Source of the DNA: Spirochaetota bacterium
Lineage (GTDB): Bacteria; Spirochaetota; UBA6919; CBDBPB01
DNA: 64,000 bases
Assembly: GCA_965208615.1 (NCBI GenBank)
Contig: CBDBPB010000001.1
Location: 32,001-96,000, forward strand
Reading direction: 5' to 3'
The notes beneath the pieces are model-generated. The model was not told the origin of the DNA. It did not search any database and saw nothing but the letters and a program-made list of their open reading frames with translations. Made by a program: the position numbers and the translations under genes. Below are positions 1 to 9,786 of this stretch, one piece after another. Each line of letters starts with the position of its first letter. Position 1 is the first letter of the stretch.

Positions 1-293
1 TTCATATTATTTATACTCATAATTATTATCCATATACATTTAAACTTATTTAAAGAAAGCTAAATAATCAAACATAAAAATATTATTTTTAATATTATAC
101 CATCCCATAAACCCTATAAAAGTTATACAATAAATCTAATATTAGTATATTTATATACACTATTGTGGATAGTTGATAAGCAAACACTTTCAGTCTATTT
201 AAAACTAAAAAGTATTAGCAACTATAAGGCTATAAGCTTGTCTTAGGTTCTTACAATTTATTAAAACGGCTTATTAATAGTTAGAGAAATATA

Positions 294-854
294 ATGAGGA
301 TAATATCTGGTTCATTAAAGGGTAGACGGCTTAAAGTTCCTAAAAACAATATTGAGCCTACAAAAGATAGTGTAAAAGAAGCCATATTTAATATAATTAG
401 TAAAGATATTATAAACAAGTCTTTTCTTGATTTATACTCTGGGTCTGGGAATATTGGCATCGAGGCACTTAGCCGTGGGGCTAATAGCGTTACTATGGTG
501 GATAATCAAACTAATTGTATTAAGGTTATAAGGTCTAATCTTGATTATCTAAATAAAAAGGCTAACCTTATAAAAAATGATGCTTTTCATTTTATAAAGA
601 CATGTCATAATAAGTTTGACTATATATTTGCTGATCCACCATACGATGATGATGTTTATGAGCCTATGCTTAAGCTAATTATTGATTATGGGCTTTTATA
701 TAGTAGTTCTACGGTTATATTAGAGCATAGAGCTAATAAAAAGATAGTTGATATACATAATAGTTTTTCTTTTGTTGACAAAAGGCAATATGGTATAACG
801 GGTCTATTATTTTTATCTTTGAATGAACCTAACATTAAAAGTAAACTAATATAA
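294..854 (+). CDS. rsmD: 16S rRNA (guanine(966)-N2)-methyltransferase RsmD
   Basis: MRIISG start, PT.D.VKEAIFN, DLYSGSG..GIEALSRGA and FADPPY motifs. Confidence 0.95.
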   Translation: MRIISGSLKGRRLKVPKNNIEPTKDSVKEAIFNIISKDIINKSFLDLYSGSGNIGIEALSRGANSVTMVDNQTNCIKVIRSNLDYLNKKANLIKNDAFHFIKTCHNKFDYIFADPPYDDDVYEPMLKLIIDYGLLYSSSTVILEHRANKKIVDIHNSFSFVDKRQYGITGLLFLSLNEPNIKSKLI

Positions 855-956
855 AATTAAGTATATTATACACAAGATTAAACAAAGCTTTAACTTTATA
901 TACTAATGAGTTACCCTAGAATGTCTATTACAATCCAGTTGTAAAAGTATATTAAT

Positions 957-3900
957 ATGGACTCTTTATTTTCAATTTCTTTTTTAAGAAAGCAATTATA
1001 TAAAACTCCTATAATTGACACTACCAAGAAAGGAGTCATAGTAAAAAACTGGATAGGTAGTATTAGTAATAAAAAAGAGACTGAGATTAAGTCAGCTTTT
1101 ATGACTATGCTTTTCAAAGATATACTTGGTTATACTATGTTTGGTGATCATAAGGAGTATAATCTTCGAGAAGAAGTTAAAGTACCTAATTCTGGACAAG
1201 CTAACTTTGCTTTAGGAGCATTTAATAGCACTAATAATATTGAGGTAATTGGAGAGCTTAAGGGTCTCTATACTGATTTAGATAAGCCTCAAACTAGTAG
1301 AAGGGATTTAAGGACACCTGTTGAGCAAGGTTTAGACTATCTTCATAATCTGGGCGACAAGGCTAACTTCTTAGTAATAAGCAATATGAATGAGATAAGG
1401 TTATATAAGCGAGGTATAAAGCATAAGTTTGAGAGATTTTTCTTTACTTTTCCTAAAGGTTTTGATTCGACTGGCAAAATGACTTTGGCGGATGACCATG
1501 AGCTAAGAAGGATGATCTATCTTTTAGGTAAAAAGTATCTTTTAACTACTAATGGTAAGAGTAATGTTGGACAGCTTTTATCTATGCAGACAGAGGTAGA
1601 AAAGAGTGTTGAAAAAGGTTTTTATAAAGAGTATAAAGTGTTTAGGTCAGACCTTTTCAATTCACTATTAGAACACAATAAGACTTATGAAAATAATAAG
1701 TCAAAGCTTTTATCTTTAACACAGAAGTTTCTTGATAGGATTATATTTTGTTGGTTTTGCGAAGATAGTCGTGAGCAACTACTACCTCCTGATGTCTTAC
1801 AAAACCTTATTAAAGATGAGGCTGGCTCACAATATTATAATAAATATGGTAATTCAATACAAGGTAAAGTCAATGGTCTTTTTAATGCTATCAGTGTAGG
1901 TGAGAGTAAACATAGCCCTGTTTTTAAGATAGATAAGGGTTATAATGGTGGGTTATTCGAGGCTGATTCTGATCTTGATGATCTTATTATACCAAACTAT
2001 CTGTTTAAAACTATTGCTGAGCTATCAAAGTATGATTTTGGTAATAATAAAACACCTAATAACAAAACACTAACCGTTGATATATCAGGACATATTTTTG
2101 AGCAATCTATTAGTGATTTAGAAGAGATGAGGGCAAGTTTTGAGGGAAAAGACTATGATGTTAAGAAGGGAAAGCGAAGAAAAGAGGGTGTTTATTATAC
2201 CCCTGACTATATTACAAGGTATATTGTAGAGCAGGCTATAGGGGGTTGGCTTAAGGATGAGTTTACCGAGATTGAGAATACATATAAGAACTGGACGCCT
2301 GATTTTAGGAAAAAGGAGTTTAAGCAATTTAAAGGTGATCAAGAGTGGCTTGAGAATAAAAGAAAGCGACTAATATATTCTAAATATCAAACTGTGCTTC
2401 AAAGTATTAAAGTCCTTGATCCTGCTTGTGGCAGTGGTGCTTTTTTGGTACAGGCTTTTAATTTCCTTTACGGTGAAAACAGAAAGGTTATTGAAGTAAT
2501 AAAAGATCTAACTCCTTCTCAACCAATATATTGTGATAATGATAAAGAGGTAAAGCGTATTTTACAAAATAATCTTTATGGTGTAGATTTAAACTCTGAG
2601 TCTATTGAGATTACAAAGCTATCTTTGTGGTTACGGACTGCTGAAAAGGATAAGCAACTTACTGATCTTGATAATAACATTAAGTGTGGCAATAGTTTAA
2701 TTGATGATCCTAAGGTAGCTGAAGATAAAGCTTTTAACTGGAATAATGAGTTTTCTGGTATTATGAAAAACGGTGGTTTTGATGTAGTTATTGGCAATCC
2801 TCCATGGGGTACAGATGTTATGTTGTCTAAAAATATGGATAGCTCAGAACACTTTATAAAAAAGACTTTCAATCTGATAAAACAAGAAAAAGCTTTTTTT
2901 TCTTTTATAGTCCCTATATCTATAGTTTTTGCTAATAACTGGTCACAGTCAAGAAATATATTATTAAATAAAAAATTGCTTAAGTTAGCTAAGGTAGGAG
3001 TTGCATTTGAAGAAGTAAACCTTGAATCATGCATCTTTGTATTGAAAAATAAACAACTTGAAAAGACAAATACAGTTAACATTGCAAAGTTTGATCCTTT
3101 AAAAAGATTTACTCCTTCTAAAACAGAAAAGCTTTTAGGCTCAATTGAGCAAGAAATTATGAATATATCATCTACCTTAATTTTAGCTGACATTTCTGAG
3201 ATAGTTAAAAGTATTATACTTAAGGTCCAGAAAGAAAAACATTTTTTTAAGCATTATGACAGAGAAGTTTTTAGAGGTATATATGTACCTGATTCAGAAA
3301 AACAACATATTTTAGATAATGGAAGGGGTTATTTATTCATAAATAAAGTTCCTGATGTATCCATGTATCACATAGATACAATTAGAAGGATAGATTTATC
3401 TCATTTATACAATAAATATAAGTCTAAAATTGAAAAAGTAAGTAGAAAAAGAATCATTATTAAGGTATTAAGAGGGCGAAAGTTAACTGCCTGTTTAGCA
3501 AATAAAGATATATTATCAACTGAAAAATTAGTCAATGTTATTGTTAATGATGACACTTTATCTTTGCTATATCTACTATCATTGATTAATTCAAAATTAA
3601 TCTCTTTTTATATGGGGAAAGTTGTTTTTAGTGATATAACTGAAACTTCTCGAGTCATGGATGATTATTATTTAAAAAAAATGCCGGTTAAAAGATTAAG
3701 TATAGAAAATCAACAACCTTTCATAAAAAAAGCTGACCTTATGCTTAATTTAAACAAAGAACTCTATAAAAAAACAACTGACTTCTTAGGTTGGATTAAG
3801 CTTACCTATAGTCCTAAAAAGATTAATACTAAGTTAAAAAGTCTTTATAAACTAACTGAGCAAGACTTTTTCAAGGAGCTTAAAAAGCAAAAGCTAATCC

Positions 3901-4055
3901 CAAAAAGAGAGCAGTATACTAAGTTAAAAGAGGGCTGGCAAGAACTTAGAGATTTATATGACAAGATAAGCAAGACTGATAGAGAGATTGATAACATGGT
4001 TTTTGATTTATATGGCCTTACTACAGAAGAAAAAAGGATTGTTTTGGATGGTTAA
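957..4055 (+). CDS. Type IIG (Eco57I-like) fused restriction endonuclease / N6-adenine methyltransferase
   Basis: N-terminal PD-(D/E)xK-like region (GELKG), GVYYTP, LDPACGSGAFL (motif I), GNPPW (motif IV), C-terminal TRD ending IDNMVFDLYGLT. Confidence 0.9.
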   Translation: MDSLFSISFLRKQLYKTPIIDTTKKGVIVKNWIGSISNKKETEIKSAFMTMLFKDILGYTMFGDHKEYNLREEVKVPNSGQANFALGAFNSTNNIEVIGELKGLYTDLDKPQTSRRDLRTPVEQGLDYLHNLGDKANFLVISNMNEIRLYKRGIKHKFERFFFTFPKGFDSTGKMTLADDHELRRMIYLLGKKYLLTTNGKSNVGQLLSMQTEVEKSVEKGFYKEYKVFRSDLFNSLLEHNKTYENNKSKLLSLTQKFLDRIIFCWFCEDSREQLLPPDVLQNLIKDEAGSQYYNKYGNSIQGKVNGLFNAISVGESKHSPVFKIDKGYNGGLFEADSDLDDLIIPNYLFKTIAELSKYDFGNNKTPNNKTLTVDISGHIFEQSISDLEEMRASFEGKDYDVKKGKRRKEGVYYTPDYITRYIVEQAIGGWLKDEFTEIENTYKNWTPDFRKKEFKQFKGDQEWLENKRKRLIYSKYQTVLQSIKVLDPACGSGAFLVQAFNFLYGENRKVIEVIKDLTPSQPIYCDNDKEVKRILQNNLYGVDLNSESIEITKLSLWLRTAEKDKQLTDLDNNIKCGNSLIDDPKVAEDKAFNWNNEFSGIMKNGGFDVVIGNPPWGTDVMLSKNMDSSEHFIKKTFNLIKQEKAFFSFIVPISIVFANNWSQSRNILLNKKLLKLAKVGVAFEEVNLESCIFVLKNKQLEKTNTVNIAKFDPLKRFTPSKTEKLLGSIEQEIMNISSTLILADISEIVKSIILKVQKEKHFFKHYDREVFRGIYVPDSEKQHILDNGRGYLFINKVPDVSMYHIDTIRRIDLSHLYNKYKSKIEKVSRKRIIIKVLRGRKLTACLANKDILSTEKLVNVIVNDDTLSLLYLLSLINSKLISFYMGKVVFSDITETSRVMDDYYLKKMPVKRLSIENQQPFIKKADLMLNLNKELYKKTTDFLGWIKLTYSPKKINTKLKSLYKLTEQDFFKELKKQKLIPKREQYTKLKEGWQELRDLYDKISKTDREIDNMVFDLYGLTTEEKRIVLDG

Positions 4056-4210
4056 CTGCCTTAAAATAATAGTAAAGCTAAACCACTATAAAGTAAAAAA
4101 TATTGTTAATAAAATTTGCAAATTAATAAAAAAATAATATTTTATATTTTAATACATTATAAATAACTAAATAAAAACCTTAGATATATAACTATAAAAG
4201 GATAAATAAA

Positions 4211-5230
4211 ATGGAACAAAGAGGTAAAGTATCCTTATTAACCTGTAACTCAGGTAAACCTTTAGGCAAAAGAATCTTCAAAAACCTTCTAAGTATATAT
4301 AGCAAAAATAATGAGTCAAATGAACCAAAGTTTGTACCTTCAGATGAAGTTATTTTTGCTAATGGCGAAGTTAAAACCGTTATTAATAAAAATATAAGAG
4401 GTGATGATTTATACATTCTCCAATGTGTAGACGATCCCCTTTCTGATAGAAGTATAAATGATAATTTAATGGCCCTATTTACCGCAATAGATGCCGCATA
4501 TCAGTCTGATGTTGATAATATAACCGCTGTTATACCTCAATATCCATATTCCAGACAGGAAAGAAAAAAAGCAAGAGAAGGCGTTAGTGCTAAACTAGTA
4601 GCTCAGTTTTTAGAATATTCACAGGCTATCAGGGTTATTACTGTAGACGTTCATGCAGAGGCTATTGGCGGCTTTTTTAGAAAAATTAAGTTTGAAAACT
4701 TACATGCCAGTAGAATTATAATCAACTATTTTAATAAGTATTATCCTAATATACCGTTAATCGTTGTTGCTCCCGATGTTGGCAGTGCTCCAAGAGCTCG
4801 TTTTTTTTCAAAAGAGTTTAAATCCGATCTCGCCATAATCGATAAAGAACGTAATTATGCCGCAGGTGGTGATATTGAAAGTATGAGACTCGTTGGAAAT
4901 GTTAAAGGACAAAATATTTTCATGGGAGATGATATAATAGCTACTGGCTCCACTCTAATAAATGCCTGTAGCCTGCTGAAAGAACATGGGGCTAAGGATA
5001 TTTATTTATCTTGTACATTTCCTTTCTTTAACGGTAAAGCTGTTGAAAAGTTTAACAAGGCGTATAACAATAATATCATAAAAAAAGTTATTGGTACTGA
5101 CTGCGTATTTAGAGGAGAGCAGTTTATAAAAAATCATGAATGGTATGAAGAAGTATCTGTTGCACCTCTAATTGCAAAGGTAATTTATAATATAAATAGA
5201 AAAATATCTGTTAGTAGGCTACTTACATAA
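4211..5230 (+). CDS. prs: Ribose-phosphate pyrophosphokinase
   Basis: FANGE, PYSRQERK, VAPDVG and DDIIATGST motifs. Confidence 0.93.
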   Translation: MEQRGKVSLLTCNSGKPLGKRIFKNLLSIYSKNNESNEPKFVPSDEVIFANGEVKTVINKNIRGDDLYILQCVDDPLSDRSINDNLMALFTAIDAAYQSDVDNITAVIPQYPYSRQERKKAREGVSAKLVAQFLEYSQAIRVITVDVHAEAIGGFFRKIKFENLHASRIIINYFNKYYPNIPLIVVAPDVGSAPRARFFSKEFKSDLAIIDKERNYAAGGDIESMRLVGNVKGQNIFMGDDIIATGSTLINACSLLKEHGAKDIYLSCTFPFFNGKAVEKFNKAYNNNIIKKVIGTDCVFRGEQFIKNHEWYEEVSVAPLIAKVIYNINRKISVSRLLT

Positions 5231-5269
5231 GTGCTTATTGACTTTTAGTAAAATAATTAGGGAGTTTTT

Positions 5270-6235
5270 ATGTCATACACTCTTAAGTTTGAGATTTCAG
5301 TTATCAAGTTAGAAAAAGAAATCGAAAAACTAAAAAAACTAGAAACTGAAGGTAATGTTAGTTTTAAGCCTGAAATAGAGAAGCTTAATAAAAAGTGTGC
5401 TGTTTTGATGCAGGAAGCTTATAATAAGCTTGATCCATGGCAAATTACTCAAATTGCAAGACATCCAAAACGTCCCATATTTTCTGACTATTGTAATGCC
5501 ATTTTTAGTGATTTTATCGAACTCCATGGGGATAGGTACTATGCTGATGATAAATCTATAATAACTGGCTTTTGTTGGCTGGATAATAAAAAGGTTATGA
5601 TAGTAGGCCATAATAAGGGTAAGGATACTAAAGAGAATATTGAGAGAAACTTTGCTATGCCTAAACCTGAAGGATATAGAAAAGCTCTTAGAATAATGAA
5701 GCTTGCTGAAAAGTTTGATATTCCTATTATAACTTTTATAGATACTCCAGGTGCCTATCCTGGTATGGATGCCGAAGAACGTGGACAATCTGAGGCTATT
5801 GCTAAAAACCTTTTTGAGATGTCTTCTTTAAGTGTACCAATCATAACTATTGTTATTGGAGAAGGGGGTAGTGGTGGAGCATTAGCTATTAGTGTTGCCG
5901 ATAGAATTTTTATGTTGAAGTATTCCATTTATTCTGTGATCTCTCCAGAGGGATGTGCTTCTATATTGTGGAAGGACGCTACTAAGGCTGATCAGGCCTC
6001 TAAGGCTCTTAAAATTACTGCAAATGAACTCTATTCCCTAGGCTTAGTTGATGGAATTATTAATGAGCCAATAGGTGGAGCTCATCGATATCCTGATCTT
6101 ACTATTAAAGAAGTAAAAAAAACAATTAGCTTAGAGCTAAAGGCATTAAGTAAGTTGCCTAAAAAGAAATTGCTGGATAAAAGATATGAGAAGTTTATTA
6201 AAATAGGCAGCCTTGTTAGAGAGAATAAAAAATAA
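5270..6235 (+). CDS. accA: Acetyl-CoA carboxylase carboxyltransferase alpha subunit
   Basis: ELHGDR, PEGYRKALR, IDTPGAYPG, GEGGSGGALA, ISPEGCASILW. Confidence 0.97.
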   Translation: MSYTLKFEISVIKLEKEIEKLKKLETEGNVSFKPEIEKLNKKCAVLMQEAYNKLDPWQITQIARHPKRPIFSDYCNAIFSDFIELHGDRYYADDKSIITGFCWLDNKKVMIVGHNKGKDTKENIERNFAMPKPEGYRKALRIMKLAEKFDIPIITFIDTPGAYPGMDAEERGQSEAIAKNLFEMSSLSVPIITIVIGEGGSGGALAISVADRIFMLKYSIYSVISPEGCASILWKDATKADQASKALKITANELYSLGLVDGIINEPIGGAHRYPDLTIKEVKKTISLELKALSKLPKKKLLDKRYEKFIKIGSLVRENKK

Positions 6236-6286
6236 CACTACATTTAATAGTAAATTAGAAAAAGAACTTAGATTATATACTCTATT

Positions 6287-6751
6287 TTAGTCTTTATTAG
6301 TAGACAATTTTAAGTTTTTAATTTCTTCTAGTAAGTTAAAGGCCTCTTGTCTGGCTAACTCACTTACGTTTTCATATGCCTCTATTGTTTTGTATGCTTC
6401 GTCTAACTCCGACTTGGATAAGTCTAAGACTCTAATAAGTGCATTAATAGTTTCTTCATTAAAGGTTTGAGTTTTTTCAAGATGCTCTTTTATGAGCTCT
6501 TTAGTTCTTACAGTTTTTTTTGCATTATTCAATTCTTCTTGACTCAAATCTATTGCTTTTTCATATGCCTTTATTGTAGCTTCTGCAAAAAGACGCTCGT
6601 TAGTGGATAGCTTATTAACCTTTTCCTGAGCTATAAGCATACTATTTTGTTCTTTTATGGTATTCTCTAATTCTATTATTTTATTTTTTAGCTTTTCACT
6701 TTCTTCTTTTAGTATTACTATTTCTTTATTTTGATGTTTTTCTCTAGACAT
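6287..6751 (-). CDS. Hypothetical coiled-coil protein with about 21-aa internal repeats
   Basis: 154-aa ORF with GAGG RBS; repeated TI.AYE...LS..EL pattern. Confidence 0.7.
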   Translation of the reverse strand: MSREKHQNKEIVILKEESEKLKNKIIELENTIKEQNSMLIAQEKVNKLSTNERLFAEATIKAYEKAIDLSQEELNNAKKTVRTKELIKEHLEKTQTFNEETINALIRVLDLSKSELDEAYKTIEAYENVSELARQEAFNLLEEIKNLKLSTNKD

Positions 6752-7116
6752 ATTAACCTCAAAACTTTTTTATATAAATAAGTTTTACTAAAATTTAAAA
6801 TTAAGTCTTATTATAGTAAAAGTAATATTTTTTTTTATAGTTTTAAAAAAAACAAAACTTAAATATTAACTAATTAAAAAAAATAATAATAAAAATAGTG
6901 TATAACTTTTTAACAATTTAGTATATAGCTTAATCATACCCTAATAATATACAATAGTATATTAAGATCAGGGTTATATTAATTTGGTATAGGTCAATTA
7001 ATCTTATTCAAGATAGTAACACAATGTTTATATAACAAAATAAAAAATGTCTTTTTAGTCAAACAATTTTATCATTCAAAGATAAATTAATTAGTAATAA
7101 GGCAAGGGAAAATATA

Positions 7117-7917
7117 ATGATCTTATGTAAATATTTATTCAAAATAGTATTATCGTCCTTGTTATTGCTTATACTAAACCCTATTAGTATATCCGCTAAG
7201 ATTAAAATGGAATATTATGATACTCTGGGCTATAAAGCTAACTACTTGGGAGTTAAAACTTTTACATATAAAATACCACTATCAAAGATAAAAAAATATA
7301 TTTACAATAACTGGAACTACTATATAGTATACAAAAATAAGGAAAATAAAATAAAAAAATATCAATACATAAAAAACGGTAATATAATTTTTTATGAAAT
7401 CTATAATTATTCCCCAGCTAAAAAACTAAACCAAATTAAAACCTATGTAAACTTTAATCTAATATCAACCCTTAGTATAATAAATAAATACAAAACTAAA
7501 AAAACTATTATAAGGGATAACAGCTATATAATAAGACACTTCAATAAAAAAAATCATCTAATAAAGTCTTTATATTACAATAAATATAAATATCTTATTA
7601 GCTATACCTTATTCGAATATAATCCCCAAGGACTACTAATAAAACAATCTTATTATGATCCAAATAATAATCTAATCGAATATAAAAAAATGATATATAA
7701 TGGTAAGAATCAAAAAGTAAAAGTAGAGCACTACAGTAGTTATAAGCAAATGATTAGCTATAACAACTACTATTACAATCAAAAAGGACTTGTTGAACGA
7801 AAAGAAAGATATAATTCCAATAAGAAGTTATTAGGCTATTCTGAGTATGAGTATAATAGAGGTAATCTTAGATATACCCTTCATTATAATAGTAAGGGTA
7901 GGCTAATTATCAAATAG
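7117..7917 (+). CDS. Secreted Tyr/Lys-rich protein with YD/RHS-like beta-hairpin repeats
   Basis: N-terminal hydrophobic signal; repeated YxYN.xG units. Confidence 0.6.
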   Translation: MILCKYLFKIVLSSLLLLILNPISISAKIKMEYYDTLGYKANYLGVKTFTYKIPLSKIKKYIYNNWNYYIVYKNKENKIKKYQYIKNGNIIFYEIYNYSPAKKLNQIKTYVNFNLISTLSIINKYKTKKTIIRDNSYIIRHFNKKNHLIKSLYYNKYKYLISYTLFEYNPQGLLIKQSYYDPNNNLIEYKKMIYNGKNQKVKVEHYSSYKQMISYNNYYYNQKGLVERKERYNSNKKLLGYSEYEYNRGNLRYTLHYNSKGRLIIK

Positions 7918-7929
7918 AGGTTTTTATAA

Positions 7930-8268
7930 CTATTTCCAACTAAGAAGTGCTGCCTCTTCGCTATTATATACCTCAAAAAAGTTATCCAATTTACTAAACT
8001 CAAATATTCGTTTTACAGCACCTTCTATATGCATAACCTTTAATGAACCATTTACTTTTTTAAAATTGGCAAAGTTAGAAATTAAAACTCCTAATCCTGA
8101 GCTATCCATATAATTAACCTCTTTCAAGTTAATTAAAACATTAATCTTTTTGTCCGTTAAAAGACTTTTTAATAATTGTCTTAGTTCATTTGCATCAGAA
8201 AGTATACTAATCTCACCTTTTATATCTAAGATAGTTATATTATCCAATTCTCTTAAATCAATTTTCAT
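7930..8268 (-). CDS. STAS-domain anti-sigma factor antagonist
   Basis: NLKEVNYMDSSGLGVL motif. Confidence 0.92.
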   Translation of the reverse strand: MKIDLRELDNITILDIKGEISILSDANELRQLLKSLLTDKKINVLINLKEVNYMDSSGLGVLISNFANFKKVNGSLKVMHIEGAVKRIFEFSKLDNFFEVYNSEEAALLSWK

Positions 8269-9148
8269 TAATGGCTCCAGAAGTTACTCTACCGCTAAAG
8301 ACATTGCCAAGGCTTTTTTTGTTTATTTCTTTTATTATATCGTCTATAATATTCTTTGGAGTAGAAGTACCTGTAGTAATACCAATAGACATAATATTAC
8401 TAAAATCAATATTTTGTATTTCATTAGGTTTTTCAATTTGAATAGTCTTTACACCCTGATTTCGACAAATTATATATAGCTTTGTCGTATTAGAACTATT
8501 TTTACTACCAATAACAATCATTAGATCAACTTGTTTTGAAATAGCTTTAGCCTCTGACTGTCTTTTTATAGTTACCCCACAAATAGTCTTACAGATTTTC
8601 ACCTCTTTCGCAAAATCGATTATTATAGGGAACAAATGTGCAACATCTTCCAAGATTATTGTACTTTGAAAAACAACAGCAATTTTTTTCTTTTTAGTTA
8701 ATGGTTTAAGGTCACCTTCATTTTCTACGGCAAGACACTGTTCTTCTATTTGCCCTGCAATACCTACTACTTCAGGATGTTGTTTTTTACCTAAGATAAT
8801 AACAAAATAGCCATCATGAGCTAAATTTTTAACTAACTTTTGAGTTCTTTTCACAAAAGGACAAGTTGTATCTATAATATTTATTCCCTTACTCTCAAAA
8901 GAGTTATACATTTTTGGAGAAATACCATGAGCTCTTATAGCCATGGTATTAGATTTAAGTTCATTTATATTATCTATAACAGATATATTATATTTACTAG
9001 TTAATTCTCTCACCGCAGACGGGTTATGAATAAGGGGTCCAAAAGTATGAACTTCAGTTTTTAAATTTTTAGCAACTTCAATAACCTTATCAAAAGCGTC
9101 TTTTACGCCGTAACAATAACCTATTTCTTTTGCTATAATTATATTCAT
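8258..9148 (-). CDS. ispH: 4-hydroxy-3-methylbut-2-enyl diphosphate reductase
   Basis: GYCYGV, LIHN, IRAHG, DTTCPFV, HPEV, TIC, SSNT and GTSTP motifs. Confidence 0.95.
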   Translation of the reverse strand: MNIIIAKEIGYCYGVKDAFDKVIEVAKNLKTEVHTFGPLIHNPSAVRELTSKYNISVIDNINELKSNTMAIRAHGISPKMYNSFESKGINIIDTTCPFVKRTQKLVKNLAHDGYFVIILGKKQHPEVVGIAGQIEEQCLAVENEGDLKPLTKKKKIAVVFQSTIILEDVAHLFPIIIDFAKEVKICKTICGVTIKRQSEAKAISKQVDLMIVIGSKNSSNTTKLYIICRNQGVKTIQIEKPNEIQNIDFSNIMSIGITTGTSTPKNIIDDIIKEINKKSLGNVFSGRVTSGAINEN

Positions 9149-9188
9149 ACTGTTTTAGTTTTTCACAATAAGCTGTTTTTTGATAAAA

Positions 9189-9506
9189 TTAGCTTTCCCA
9201 GTTATAAATTAGTCTTTCTACTGGTTTTCCATTTTGCATATGACTTTCCACAATTTCTTCTACATCTTTTACTGTTACTTCTTTGTACCACGTAGCCTCA
9301 GGATAAACAACTATAGAGGGACCACTACTGCATGGGCCCATACATGCAGTTGCAGTTACGGATACTTCTCCATATAGATTTCTTTTTTCCATTTCTTCTA
9401 CCAGTTTAACATAAATGTCTTGTGATCTACCCTGACCACAAGATGGTTTAGTCATTGGAGGACGAGTAGTTGTGCAGACAAAAAAATGTTTTTTAAAGTG
9501 GCTCAT
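9189..9506 (-). CDS. Thioredoxin-like [2Fe-2S] ferredoxin
   Basis: HFFVC...SC...ACMGPC..GP.IVVYPE..WY; ATG at 9506 has an AGGAG RBS. Confidence 0.9.
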   Translation of the reverse strand: MSHFKKHFFVCTTTRPPMTKPSCGQGRSQDIYVKLVEEMEKRNLYGEVSVTATACMGPCSSGPSIVVYPEATWYKEVTVKDVEEIVESHMQNGKPVERLIYNWES

Positions 9507-9786
9507 AGGTTCTCCTTTAATATTATCAGCAGACATTAAAAATATAATAACCCTTTAAAAAGTTGTAATACTATTTATATCCTAAAAAGTAATATTATTT
9601 TAATAAAGGTTTACGATTTACATTAGTTTAAATTATACTAACCTAATATAGATTAAAGAGTTAACTTTAGTTTTACTAAACTGTTAAGAAAATTAGCTAT
9701 ATTAGTATATATAAATCTAGTTAAATATGCAAGAAAGTCAACTTTTATTATTAATAAAAACTTTTAACTCTAAGACAAAAAGGCTC

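Noticed and set aside
2118-3193. Antisense ORFs within the R-M gene, and similar short ORFs nested in other genes
   Set aside because: Fully overlap well-supported genes and have no motifs
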